Source: an uncultured Methanosarcinales archaeon
Lineage (GTDB): Archaea; Nanobdellota; Nanobdellia; Woesearchaeales; JAGWAF01
NCBI GenBank assembly: GCA_964597775.1
Contig: CAZQZJ010000003.1
Location: forward strand, 1-59,311
Direction of reading: 5' to 3'
DNA length: 59,311 nucleotides
The position numbers and the translations under genes are program-made. The stretch's first letter is position 1. Every line of letters begins with the position of its first letter. This document shows, piece after piece, positions 8,762 through 18,668 of the stretch. The notes beneath the pieces are model-generated. The model saw only the letters and a program-made list of their open reading frames with translations. It had not been told where the DNA came from and did not search any database.

Positions 8762-9487
8762 GTGACTATGAACAAGAAGTTTGGTTTGGTTGCACCAAGA
8801 TTTAAACATGTTATTCTGGCTATATCTATTGCAATTGTGTTGGCATTTTTTGTGAATTATACTCTTACAGTTTTGTATCATGAGCCAGAGTATGATGAAT
8901 TTTGTTCAAGTGAATATCATGAGTATACTGATCGTGCGTCATGCGAGGCTAGCGATGGCAAGTGGTATGACGCTGGGAAGAGTAGGCCTGTTGATTTTTC
9001 TGGTCATGTGAAACCTGGTGTTGAGGTAAGGGATTGTCCTGGTCTTTGCAAGGTTGTTCTTGAGCAGGATGTTTGTAATCAAGCAAATATAACATCTTGC
9101 ATATTTTCAAATGTTGTATTTGAGAATGAATGTATGCAATATGGAGGGATTTTTTTTCCTTCAAAACAATGTCCTACTTCAATAAGTATGTTTAGGGGTC
9201 ATTGTGATGCATATTATACATGCAATTTAAAATTGCAGCAGGCCACTAACTTGTATCGCAGAAATGTTTTTCTTACACAGATTATGATTGGTGGATTGCT
9301 TATGGTTGCAGGTATTGCATTAGCTCTTCCTGCAGTAAGTGGTGGTATAATGAGCGGGGCTGTGATTACTCTTTTTGTTGGATTGGTTGGGTATTGGGAT
9401 ATACTTGATAAGTGGGTGCGTATCAGCATTCTCGGGTTGATTTTAGTGGTGTTGATCTGGCTTGGATATAAGAAACTGCAAAAGTAA
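8762..9487 (+). CDS. Membrane protein with a Cys-rich extracellular loop
   Basis: N-terminal TM, loop with about 11 Cys, four C-terminal TM segments. Confidence 0.75.
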   Translation: MTMNKKFGLVAPRFKHVILAISIAIVLAFFVNYTLTVLYHEPEYDEFCSSEYHEYTDRASCEASDGKWYDAGKSRPVDFSGHVKPGVEVRDCPGLCKVVLEQDVCNQANITSCIFSNVVFENECMQYGGIFFPSKQCPTSISMFRGHCDAYYTCNLKLQQATNLYRRNVFLTQIMIGGLLMVAGIALALPAVSGGIMSGAVITLFVGLVGYWDILDKWVRISILGLILVVLIWLGYKKLQK

Positions 9488-9488
9488 G

Positions 9489-10448
9489 ATGCTATTATTT
9501 GAACTGCATAAGGATAATCTTGATCTTGCACAGACTGAGGTTCTTGCGTTATGTAATACAAAGAAAGGTGTTTTAATTGACAATTTATTTTTGGTAAGAA
9601 GTAGATATGATCCCATATTGCTTAGATTGGCATATACTAGACAAATATTTGAGGTATTAGGAGCAGCAAAAAGCCTGGATTGTTTAGAGAGTTTTCTCAA
9701 ACATGTTAAGATTGGAAGTTGTACTGGTTCATTTTGTGTTCGTGTGTATCCTGCTAATAAACCATTAGAATTATTGGTGGCAAAACAAATATTTCATAAG
9801 TGTAAAAATCCAAGAGTAGATTTGGATGATCCACATAACTTTTTTGCATTATTTTGCTATAAAAACAAGGCTATACTGGCAAAACGTGTCGCACTGATTA
9901 CAAATAATTTTGAATCAAGAAAGGCTCATTATAGAGCTTGTCTTAAACCTGTTAGTCTACATCCTAAATTAGCTGCTGCAATGGTGAACCTTTCTGGAGT
10001 AAGATCTGGTTGTGTATTGGATCCTTGTGCTGGAACAGGAGGGATTCTTCTTGAAGCAGGATTAATGAATCTTGAGATAACTGGTGTTGATGTTGATCCT
10101 GAGATGGTAAATGCCTGTACTAAGAATCTTGCCAAATTTGGTGTTGCAGCAAGGGTGTTACATCAGGACGCATTGCTGCTACAGGGTTCATTTCCTGTGG
10201 TTGTATCTGATCTTCCATATGGCAGAAATACCAAGGATCAAGATGTATCAGCTTTTTTTTATGCAATGTTAAAAATGTTAAGAAGATGGAAGACAAAGAT
10301 AGCTGTGTTTGGTCTTCCTAGTTTTGTGAATGTTAATCTAATTGCAAAAAAGGCTGGTGTAATAGTATCTAACGAGTTTGTAATCTATATACATAAAAGT
10401 TTGTCTAAAAAAATTGTTGTTATAAAAAAAGGGGAGCGCCACTTTTGA
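9489..10448 (+). CDS. trm11: tRNA (guanine-10-N2)-methyltransferase, THUMP plus Rossmann (Trm11/TrmG10)
   Basis: SLHPKLAAAMVNL, VLDPCAGTGGILLEAG and DLPYG motifs; ATG at 9489. Confidence 0.85.
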   Translation: MLLFELHKDNLDLAQTEVLALCNTKKGVLIDNLFLVRSRYDPILLRLAYTRQIFEVLGAAKSLDCLESFLKHVKIGSCTGSFCVRVYPANKPLELLVAKQIFHKCKNPRVDLDDPHNFFALFCYKNKAILAKRVALITNNFESRKAHYRACLKPVSLHPKLAAAMVNLSGVRSGCVLDPCAGTGGILLEAGLMNLEITGVDVDPEMVNACTKNLAKFGVAARVLHQDALLLQGSFPVVVSDLPYGRNTKDQDVSAFFYAMLKMLRRWKTKIAVFGLPSFVNVNLIAKKAGVIVSNEFVIYIHKSLSKKIVVIKKGERHF

Positions 10449-10554
10449 ACCCACTTTTTCGCCTAAACAAATTGAAGGCTGTAGGCGTGAGATGCGAAAT
10501 CTTTTTGTACAAAAACTTAAGTTGGCCAGAGGCCGATATTAAGCGTTTTTTATA
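10423..10554. repeat. Palindromic module array S-U-A
   Basis: S hairpin AAAAAAGGGGAGCGCCACTTTT, CGCCTA/TAGGCG inverted repeat, and module A (10507-10554), near-identical to 46548-46595; between convergent genes. Confidence 0.85.
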
Positions 10555-10567
10555 GAATCTTAATTTT

Positions 10568-11710
10568 TTAATTTCTTTTATTTTGTGTTTGTTTTGTTTT
10601 AGTGTTTTGTTGTTTGTCCTTGTGTATTTCTTTGACAATATAATCAGTACGTTCTTGTGGCACAAGTTTTAGGTTAAATGGCTCTGTTGATCTGTCAATT
10701 ACTTTGATCTTGTAGTCAGATGATTGGACTGGTTCATTGGCATGACTTGGAAGTTCTACTTTTTGTGCTGGAAAGATAGTAGGAACTGTTTCTAGTGCTG
10801 GGAGCTTTGTTGATAATGGTTTTTCTTTTATGCGTTTGAGTGCGATCTTAACTGCTTTGTCATAGCATGTGTCAAGCATGCTCCTCTGATTTTTGTTTGA
10901 CTGTGCAAAAAAGTTTGCTAGTTGAGCATCATTGAATGGTTCAATGTCGTGCCCTCCAAAGAATTCTATTCGTTTTTTAATCATTGCTCGAACACTTGGA
11001 TAGTTTAATGGTTTTAACTCAATGTGGAGGCTATCTTTTTGTTGAATATCGATGCGCTTGATTTGATCTACTGATCCTGTAATAATGATTTGTAGAGGAA
11101 TTTTTCTCTTGTAGAGTATGTCAAGACGTGTGAAACATTCTTTTGGCAGGGATGATGCATCATCAAGCAAGAGAATAAGGGGCTGTTTTTTGGTTTTCAT
11201 TATTATATATTCAAGAATAAGATTCTGATTTGAGAAGTCCCCTGCAGCAATGCGCTGGTAAAGTGAATCTGTTGCTTGATACTTTTTGTTGACTCTGGCT
11301 GCAATATAATCTGCAAGTTTGTTAATACCTGTTTTGTACCAGCTGTAAATAAGGACTTGCTCGTGGATGCCTAGGAGTGATTCAATAATATGTCTGGTAA
11401 ATTCTTTTTCTTTAATTTTTTCGCAAGGAATAAGCGCTATATGATAACGATTTCTATATTTTTGCAGTTCATATCCAAGCCAATTAAGGAGAAGTGATTT
11501 ACCCATTCCTAATGCACCTTTAATAGTTCCAAAGGAGTAGGCTTCAATAATAAAATAATTCAGCCGCTGCATTTCTGCTTCATAACCACTAATAAAATAG
11601 TCAACTGGTTCAAGATTTTCTGTTGTAAATGGATTTGAATTCCATCCTAACTCTTTGTACCAGTCAAGGGTGAATGCTTTTTTTATTTTATTGTTTTGTT
11701 TAGGCGACAT
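10568..11710 (-). CDS. AAA+ ATPase (ExeA/AAA_22-like)
   Basis: Walker A GALGMGKS, Walker B LILLLDDA, low-complexity C-terminal tail. Confidence 0.8.
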   Translation of the reverse strand: MSPKQNNKIKKAFTLDWYKELGWNSNPFTTENLEPVDYFISGYEAEMQRLNYFIIEAYSFGTIKGALGMGKSLLLNWLGYELQKYRNRYHIALIPCEKIKEKEFTRHIIESLLGIHEQVLIYSWYKTGINKLADYIAARVNKKYQATDSLYQRIAAGDFSNQNLILEYIIMKTKKQPLILLLDDASSLPKECFTRLDILYKRKIPLQIIITGSVDQIKRIDIQQKDSLHIELKPLNYPSVRAMIKKRIEFFGGHDIEPFNDAQLANFFAQSNKNQRSMLDTCYDKAVKIALKRIKEKPLSTKLPALETVPTIFPAQKVELPSHANEPVQSSDYKIKVIDRSTEPFNLKLVPQERTDYIVKEIHKDKQQNTKTKQTQNKRN

Positions 11711-11755
11711 AAAATAACAAACAACTGGTTTGTTTAAATAGATTTGGTTGTTATC

Positions 11756-11841
11756 GGCTTTGTCTGAATAGTGTCTTAAAAGCTTGACTTTTCGGACAGA
11801 ATTGGGCCTTTTCGGTCAGGAACCACTTATCGGACAAAGCC
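11756..11841. repeat. Imperfect 18-bp inverted repeat with internal TTTTCGG(A/T)CA direct repeats
   Basis: GGCTTTGTCTGAATAGTG (11756-11773) versus CACTTATCGGACAAAGCC (11824-11841), immediately after the ppsA stop. Confidence 0.6.
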
Positions 11842-11844
11842 TTG

Positions 11845-14325
11845 TTATCTCTGAATCTTTTCTTCGGTTTTGACTATTGTTTTCATAGTTTTAAGTACAG
11901 CATCAGGAGAGAGTGATATTGAATCAATGCCACATTGAACTAAGAATGCTGCGAATTCTGGATAGGTTGATGGCGCGTCTCCACAGATCCCGATTTTGCG
12001 TTTGTGTTTTTTTGCAACCTTAATCACTGTTTCGATAAGTTTTTTGACTGCTGGGTTTCTTTCATCAAAGAGAGGCGAAACAAGAGAGCTGTCCCTATCT
12101 ACTGCAAGAGTGAACTGAGTTAGATCATTGCTGCCAATAGAGAATCCGTCAAAGAGTTGGCAGAATTCCTCTGCAAGAATAACATTGGATGGCACTTCAC
12201 ACATGACATAGATTTGTAGTCCATCCTTCCCTTTTTTAAGCCCATTTTTTGCTAGTTCTGCAAGAACGCTGTGCCCTTCTTGAATAGTGCGGCACATGGG
12301 AATCATGATCTTAAGGTTTTTAAGCCCCATAACTTCTCGAACTCGCAAGAGTGCTTTACATTCAAGAGCAAATGCGTCACGATATTGTGATGAGTAAAAT
12401 CGTGATGCGCCTCTCCACCCAATCATCGGATTTGACTCTTTTGGCTCATAAGCCTCTCCTCCAATAAGGTTTGCGTATTCATTGGTCTTAAAGTCTGCAA
12501 GTCTGAGAATGACATCACGCGGATACATAGCTGCACAAAGTATTCCTACACCTTGCGCAAGTTTGTCAATGTAATATTCTTTTTTGTCGTGGTATCCATA
12601 TGTCATGTTATCTATTGTCATTTTAATATTAGATGGAAGATTTGGATAGTCAACAAGTGCTTTTGGATGGATCTGGATTGAGGAATTGATAATAAACTCT
12701 TCTCTTGCAAGCCCAATGCCATCAACTGGCATGAAACTTGTTTCAAATGCTTGATCTGGATTACCAAGATTGACCATGATCTTGGTTTTTGGTTTAGGCA
12801 GGTTTTTGAGATTTGTTTTCTGAATAGTATAATTGAGTTTTCCTGCAAGTACTCGCCCTGTTTCTCCTGATGAACAATCCAGAGTTATATCCTGGTTGTT
12901 TTTGATTAGGTGGGTGCCATTATTGGTTCCTACAATACATGGAATACCAAGTTCTCTTGAAATGATTGCTGCATGACAAACACGCCCGCCTTGATTTGTG
13001 ATGATGCCTGCTGCCATCTTCATGATTGGTTCCCAATCTGGATCTGTCATTTCAGTGACGAGAATCTGTCCATGTTTGAATGTGTTAATATCTTTAATAT
13101 CACTAATAATTTGTGCTTGACCTATTGAAATTTTTGATCCTACTGAACTTCCAGTAACGATGACTACCCCTTCTTCAAGAAGTTTATATTCTTCAAGTAT
13201 AGTATGATCTTTTTGGCTGTGCACTGTTTCTGCACGTGCTTGTACAATATAAATTTCTCCTGTTTTGCCATCTTTTGCCCATTCAATATCCATTGGAGTC
13301 CAGTGTTTGTTTTTGGCACAGTAATGATTTTCAATAGCGATGCCAAATTGTGCAAGAGAAATAAGTTCATCATCAGTAAGGACAAATCGCCTACGGTCTT
13401 CTAATCTAACACCAATATTCTTGGTTGCTTTGTTGCCTTCAACTGCATAGACCATCTTGATTTTTTTTTCACCAAGTTTTTTACGAATGATTGGGCGATA
13501 TCCTAACTGTAATGTTGGTTTAAAGACATAGAACTCATCTGGATTAACTGCTCCTTGAACAATATTTTCGCCAAGCCCCCATGACCCATTGATAAGAATA
13601 GCGTCGCGAAACCCAGTCTCTGTATCAAGAGTGAACATGACACCTGAAGAAGCGAGATCTGATCTCACCATTTTTTGTATGCCAATAGATAAATAAACTT
13701 TGAAATGATCAAATCCCTTATCTACCCTGTATGAGATTGCTCTATTAGTAAAAAGTGATGCAAAACATTTTTTACAGGCATCAAGCAAATCGTGAATTCC
13801 GTGAATATTAAGATAGGTTTCTTGCTGCCCAGCAAAACTTGCAGTGGGAAGATCTTCTGCTGTTGCTGAACTTCTAACTGCAACATCAGTATTTGATCCA
13901 TATTCATCACAGAGTTTGGAGTATGCTTTTGTGATGGCATTGATGAGTTCTGATGGAAAAATGAGACTTCTGATGATTTCGCGTACACGTGATCCACGTT
14001 TTGCAAGTTCTTCAACATCACGAGTGTTTAGGTTGTGGAGAGCTTCTCTAATTTTGGGTTCTGCATTGTTGTATTGAATAAGGTTTTTATATGCTAGTGC
14101 GCTGATTGCGAATCCGTTAGGTATCTTTACTCCTGCTTTAGTAAGATGTTGGTACATCTCTCCAAGATTTGCATTTTTTCCCCCTACCAAAGCAATATCT
14201 TCTGCACTGATTTGGTCAAACCAGAGAATGAGAGGGTTTGTTTTTTGAGATAAAGAATCTGATTTGTGCAGGATTTTACTAATCCTAACCCTTACTGTGG
14301 CATCTTTTTTTTTCACACTACTCAC
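11845..14325 (-). CDS. ppsA: Phosphoenolpyruvate synthase
   Basis: VGGKNANLGE, VAVRSSATAED, GGRVCHAAIISRELG (phospho-His), GIGLAREEF, NPMIGWRGASR and FSIGSNDL. Start uncertain. Confidence 0.97.
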   Translation of the reverse strand: MSSVKKKDATVRVRISKILHKSDSLSQKTNPLILWFDQISAEDIALVGGKNANLGEMYQHLTKAGVKIPNGFAISALAYKNLIQYNNAEPKIREALHNLNTRDVEELAKRGSRVREIIRSLIFPSELINAITKAYSKLCDEYGSNTDVAVRSSATAEDLPTASFAGQQETYLNIHGIHDLLDACKKCFASLFTNRAISYRVDKGFDHFKVYLSIGIQKMVRSDLASSGVMFTLDTETGFRDAILINGSWGLGENIVQGAVNPDEFYVFKPTLQLGYRPIIRKKLGEKKIKMVYAVEGNKATKNIGVRLEDRRRFVLTDDELISLAQFGIAIENHYCAKNKHWTPMDIEWAKDGKTGEIYIVQARAETVHSQKDHTILEEYKLLEEGVVIVTGSSVGSKISIGQAQIISDIKDINTFKHGQILVTEMTDPDWEPIMKMAAGIITNQGGRVCHAAIISRELGIPCIVGTNNGTHLIKNNQDITLDCSSGETGRVLAGKLNYTIQKTNLKNLPKPKTKIMVNLGNPDQAFETSFMPVDGIGLAREEFIINSSIQIHPKALVDYPNLPSNIKMTIDNMTYGYHDKKEYYIDKLAQGVGILCAAMYPRDVILRLADFKTNEYANLIGGEAYEPKESNPMIGWRGASRFYSSQYRDAFALECKALLRVREVMGLKNLKIMIPMCRTIQEGHSVLAELAKNGLKKGKDGLQIYVMCEVPSNVILAEEFCQLFDGFSIGSNDLTQFTLAVDRDSSLVSPLFDERNPAVKKLIETVIKVAKKHKRKIGICGDAPSTYPEFAAFLVQCGIDSISLSPDAVLKTMKTIVKTEEKIQR

Positions 14326-15329
14326 CTCAACGAACCTAACAACTTTGCAACCTCAACCATACGATTAGAAAAACCCCACTCATTATCATACCAACCAATT
14401 ACCTTAACCAGATTTCCATCCTCTACCTTAGTAAGCGCAGCATCAATAATCACAGAATGTGAATTACCAACAATATCTGAAGATACCAAAGGATCTTCAC
14501 TATACTCTAACACACCCTTAAGATCATATATTGAACAATTTCTTAACAACTCATTAACTTGCTCTCTTGTCACACTCTTATTTAACTCAACAGTCAGATC
14601 TGTAATCGAACCAGTAGCCACAGGCACACGCAACGCAATCCCAGTAATCTTATTCTTAAGCTGAGGAATAACCTCAATAATCGCAGACTCAGCACCAGAA
14701 GAGGTTGGAACAATATTAAGCCCAGCTGCACGACCCCTACGAAAATCATGATGCGAACCATCAACCAGATTCTGATCTGCAGTATAAGCATGAATAGTTG
14801 TATAATACGCACGCAACACACCATAATTATCATTTAACACCTTAACCATAGGAGTAAGACAATTTGTTGTACAAGAACCAATAGAAATAATCACATCATC
14901 CTTTGAAAGGATATGCTCATTAACACCCTTCACAATAGTCTTAACCTTATCAGAACCACTACACGGCGCTGAAATTATCACCTTTTTAGCACCAGCAACA
15001 AGATGCTTACCAGCTAATTCTTTTGTTGTAAAAACACCTGTTGATTCCAACACTACATCCACATCCAACTCCTTCCAAGGCAACTTAGTAGGATCACGCT
15101 GCTCAAAAAGAAAAATCTCTTTACCATTAATTACCAATGAAGAATCTTTTACTTTTATCTCGCCATTAAAACGCTTCTGAATCGAATCATACTTAAACAG
15201 ATACGCAAACATCCTTGGATCACCAGGATTATTCACACCCACAAACTCAAGATCCGAATGCTGCAACCCAGCACGAAGCATCATCCTACCAATACGACCG
15301 AATCCATTAATCCCAACACGAATTACCAT
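14322..15329 (-). CDS. gap: Glyceraldehyde-3-phosphate dehydrogenase, class I (bacterial type)
   Basis: GINGFGRIGR, SIGSCTTNC, ALRVPV and WYDNEWGFS. Confidence 0.97.
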   Translation of the reverse strand: MVIRVGINGFGRIGRMMLRAGLQHSDLEFVGVNNPGDPRMFAYLFKYDSIQKRFNGEIKVKDSSLVINGKEIFLFEQRDPTKLPWKELDVDVVLESTGVFTTKELAGKHLVAGAKKVIISAPCSGSDKVKTIVKGVNEHILSKDDVIISIGSCTTNCLTPMVKVLNDNYGVLRAYYTTIHAYTADQNLVDGSHHDFRRGRAAGLNIVPTSSGAESAIIEVIPQLKNKITGIALRVPVATGSITDLTVELNKSVTREQVNELLRNCSIYDLKGVLEYSEDPLVSSDIVGNSHSVIIDAALTKVEDGNLVKVIGWYDNEWGFSNRMVEVAKLLGSLR

Positions 15330-15433
15330 ATCTATTTCCTAAAAAAGAGGCTATATAAATTTTGGCAATAAAGAAAAATGGCTTTGCTATTTTTTTGAGT
15401 AATGATTAAATACCTTACTTTTACAAATAAATT

Positions 15434-16450
15434 ATGCAAATCACAAGCTTTGAACTAGAGGCATGGGAAGAACAATACCTAAAAACACGATTTCCAAAAC
15501 ACCAATTTGTTATCTCACGCAACAAAATAACGCCAAAAGATCTCAAAACCCTTTGCAACACCACAATTCTCACAATCTTTGTTTACTCACCAATCACTGC
15601 ACAACTACTTACCCAGATGCCAAAACTCAAACTCATATGCACCATGTCAACTGGATATGACCATATTGATCTTGCAGCCTGCGCTAAACTAGGCATCACT
15701 GTATGCAATGTACCATCATACGGAGAAAACACTGTTGCAGAACATGCCATGGCATTAATCCTTGCAATTTCAAGAAAGATCATACCAAGCATTGAACACA
15801 CAAGACGAGGCAACTTCTCACTTGAAGGACTTAGAGGATTTGACCTTAAAAACAAAACACTCGGAGTAGTCGGAGTTGGAAAGATTGGAACACACCTTAT
15901 CACCATGGCAAAAGGATTTGAGATGAAAATACTTGGCTACTCCCACCACCAAGACAAAAGATTAGCAAAAAAACTTGGCTTTTCCTACACTACATTTGAC
16001 AAACTAATCTCAAGATCAGATATTATCTCTTTCCATATTCCATACAACACCTCAACACACCACATGCTTAATGAAAAAAACATAACCCATATCAAAAAAG
16101 GAGCAATCATCATCAACACTGCACGAGGCAGCATCATTAACACAGAAGCACTACTTCACGCACTTGACAAAGGAATCGTATCCTATGCAGGACTTGATGT
16201 GCTTGAAGAAGAATGCCTTATCAAAGAAGACCGTGAATTGCTCTCCACACACTTTGCCAAAAAATGCGACCTTAAAACAGTATTACAAGACCACATCCTA
16301 CTTACAAGAGAAAACGCACTTATCACACCACACAATGCATTCAATTCGCAAGAAGCACTCACCAGAATCCTAGACACAACAGCAAAAAACATCGAAGCAT
16401 TCCTTAAAAAGAAACCAATTAATACTATAACAGAACAGAGGCATTTATGA
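15434..16450 (+). CDS. D-2-hydroxyacid (D-lactate-like) dehydrogenase
   Basis: MSTGYDHID, NVPSYG, VAEHA, GVVGVGKIG, INTARG, GLDVLEEE and ITPHNAF. Confidence 0.92.
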   Translation: MQITSFELEAWEEQYLKTRFPKHQFVISRNKITPKDLKTLCNTTILTIFVYSPITAQLLTQMPKLKLICTMSTGYDHIDLAACAKLGITVCNVPSYGENTVAEHAMALILAISRKIIPSIEHTRRGNFSLEGLRGFDLKNKTLGVVGVGKIGTHLITMAKGFEMKILGYSHHQDKRLAKKLGFSYTTFDKLISRSDIISFHIPYNTSTHHMLNEKNITHIKKGAIIINTARGSIINTEALLHALDKGIVSYAGLDVLEEECLIKEDRELLSTHFAKKCDLKTVLQDHILLTRENALITPHNAFNSQEALTRILDTTAKNIEAFLKKKPINTITEQRHL

Positions 16451-16686
16451 AACGCCAATCCTACACATGGCTTGGATTAAAAATTGGAGTAATCATAACA
16501 ATTACCCTTTTTTTACTACCACTCCTAATTGGACTCTACAACCTCTCAAGCTACCTTGGAGGACTAATCAGAGCATTATTTGGATTTAGCGGAGCAGATG
16601 AATTCTGGAGAATCATAAGCTATGCACTACTCATTGGAATCTGTACAGCAATTGGATACATACTTGATCGCATAAAAAACCATTAA
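16447..16686 (+). CDS. Small membrane protein
   Basis: 79 aa, hydrophobic, 4-nt overlap with the previous gene. Confidence 0.65.
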   Translation: MKRQSYTWLGLKIGVIITITLFLLPLLIGLYNLSSYLGGLIRALFGFSGADEFWRIISYALLIGICTAIGYILDRIKNH

Positions 16687-16709
16687 GTTTGATCAAACAG
16701 ACATCTGCT

Positions 16710-17732
16710 TTATTTTTGGTACGGATCAAACGGATAATCTCTCCTCCTATCTCTTAGAATGCGACGACTTTTTTGAATATCAACCCTGAACCTTTTAACA
16801 ATATTAGAAAAGGTCAAATCTTCTATCTGTCTAGCTGAGAAACCCTGCTGTTGCAAAAACCCCTCAAAAAAAGGCCACCAAGCAATTCCTGGAATGCCAG
16901 ACATATATGGCTCTTTTATTTTTTCCTGCAAAGAATGAGGTGCGTGATCTGTCTCAATCCAATCTATCTTTTTATCTCTTACATATTCAAATATTCTCTT
17001 TTTAGAATCTGGCTCTCGCAATGGAGGATTCATCTTCCAAAGAATACCGTCATCACCACACATCTGATCCCAATCATAGATAAAATGATGCGGACAAATA
17101 CTAGAAGACACATCAACACCCTGTTTTTTTGCTTCAACTACCAAATCAACTGCACTTGGAGAAGATATGTGCGTAATATGTAATTTACCCATAAACCTAG
17201 ATTCACTAACTAAACTTAATTGATCTTTTACAGATTCTACTTCAGCAATCTCCGGCCTTGCATAAGCATGTGTTATAGGCTGAGCTGGATTCCACTGTTT
17301 TGAATCCAGATAAGATTCTTTTTCACAATGAACAGCAAGAACACCATCATAACCTACTCTTACTAATGCTTCATACACTAATCGCTGATCTTCTTTAGTA
17401 ATTACTCCTAAATTTCCCACAGAATGCCCTGCATAGAGTTTCATTCCAACTATTTGGTGGAATTCCCTATATGCATCAACAGCTTGCTTAACTTGTTTGG
17501 GATTTGCAGTAATTCCCATATAAATCCCATAAAAGATATTATGAATGTTTGCATCTTTTGCAAGCTGTAATCTATCTACAACTACATCTCTTGTTATGAT
17601 AGGAGGATCAGTATTAGGCATATCAAATACTGCATCTAAACCAGAATCATACGCCACTTCTAATCCATGCTTTACTGTCTCTTTATGCTTCTGATTAAAA
17701 TCCCGAAAATGAACATGAGCATCTATATACAT
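16710..17732 (-). CDS. pyrC: Dihydroorotase
   Basis: IDAHVHFRD, FDMPNT, LHITHIS, KMNPPLR and TDHAPH; ATG at 17732. Confidence 0.9.
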   Translation of the reverse strand: MYIDAHVHFRDFNQKHKETVKHGLEVAYDSGLDAVFDMPNTDPPIITRDVVVDRLQLAKDANIHNIFYGIYMGITANPKQVKQAVDAYREFHQIVGMKLYAGHSVGNLGVITKEDQRLVYEALVRVGYDGVLAVHCEKESYLDSKQWNPAQPITHAYARPEIAEVESVKDQLSLVSESRFMGKLHITHISSPSAVDLVVEAKKQGVDVSSSICPHHFIYDWDQMCGDDGILWKMNPPLREPDSKKRIFEYVRDKKIDWIETDHAPHSLQEKIKEPYMSGIPGIAWWPFFEGFLQQQGFSARQIEDLTFSNIVKRFRVDIQKSRRILRDRRRDYPFDPYQK

Positions 17733-17740
17733 ATCCTCCC

Positions 17741-18667
17741 TCACCTCTTTTGGATCTTACACACAAAAAAACCCTCAGTATCATTATCCTGAGGCCATAA
17801 CCTTAACGCATCCTTGATTTGAGAATCATACACAGCACCACCAAACTCTAAGATTGGTTGTGAACGTCTTATTGGCAAATCAACTGACTTAACAACAGCA
17901 TCAGGATACTTTCTTAGTAGAACATTAAGTACAGCCTCATTTTCCTCAGGTTCACAAGAACAGGTTGAATACACCAAAGTACCACCCTGACGCAACACCC
18001 CAAACCCAGCCTCAAGCAACTGACACTGCACTGCAGCAAGACGCCTTACCATATTTGGATTCCAAATCCTTAATGTCTTAAGCGACTTACGAATCGTACC
18101 AGTACCAGAACAAGGAGCATCAACTAACACCTTATCAAATCGCTGCTTTATTTTTACAAACTGATTCCCCTGCATCTGCGTCACCACAACATTAGAAACC
18201 CCACACCTCTGCAGATTAATACCCAATGCAGCAATACGCTCACCCTTAACATCATTTGAAACAAGAACACCCTTGTTTTGCATGTACTGCGCAAGCTGAG
18301 ATGATTTAGAACCAGGAGCTGCACACATATCCAACACAATCTCACCAGGCTTTGGATCCAACACAACAGGAGGAATCATCGACGCAGCCTCCTGAACATA
18401 CACATACCCTAATGCATGCTGTACTAAATTACCAACATCCCTTCTGCCTTCCCTATGCTCAAGCCAAAAACCCTCATGACACCAAGGAACTTGAGTAAGC
18501 ACCCAATCATGACTTAACTGCTCCACAATCTGCTTAACAGAAACCTTAAGAGTATTCACACGAATCGACCTTTTTAAAAACCTTGCACACACCTGCTTAA
18601 ATACATCCCAATCTGTAAGTAATCTATAACGCTCCTCAAATAATGGCTTGAACACGAGATCATCCAT
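17741..18667 (-). CDS. RsmB/NOP2-family RNA m5C methyltransferase
   Basis: YVQEAASM, VLDMCAAPGSK, VLVDAPCSGTG, VYSTCSCEPEENE and GFF. Confidence 0.95.
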   Translation of the reverse strand: MDDLVFKPLFEERYRLLTDWDVFKQVCARFLKRSIRVNTLKVSVKQIVEQLSHDWVLTQVPWCHEGFWLEHREGRRDVGNLVQHALGYVYVQEAASMIPPVVLDPKPGEIVLDMCAAPGSKSSQLAQYMQNKGVLVSNDVKGERIAALGINLQRCGVSNVVVTQMQGNQFVKIKQRFDKVLVDAPCSGTGTIRKSLKTLRIWNPNMVRRLAAVQCQLLEAGFGVLRQGGTLVYSTCSCEPEENEAVLNVLLRKYPDAVVKSVDLPIRRSQPILEFGGAVYDSQIKDALRLWPQDNDTEGFFVCKIQKR

Positions 18668-18668
18668 C

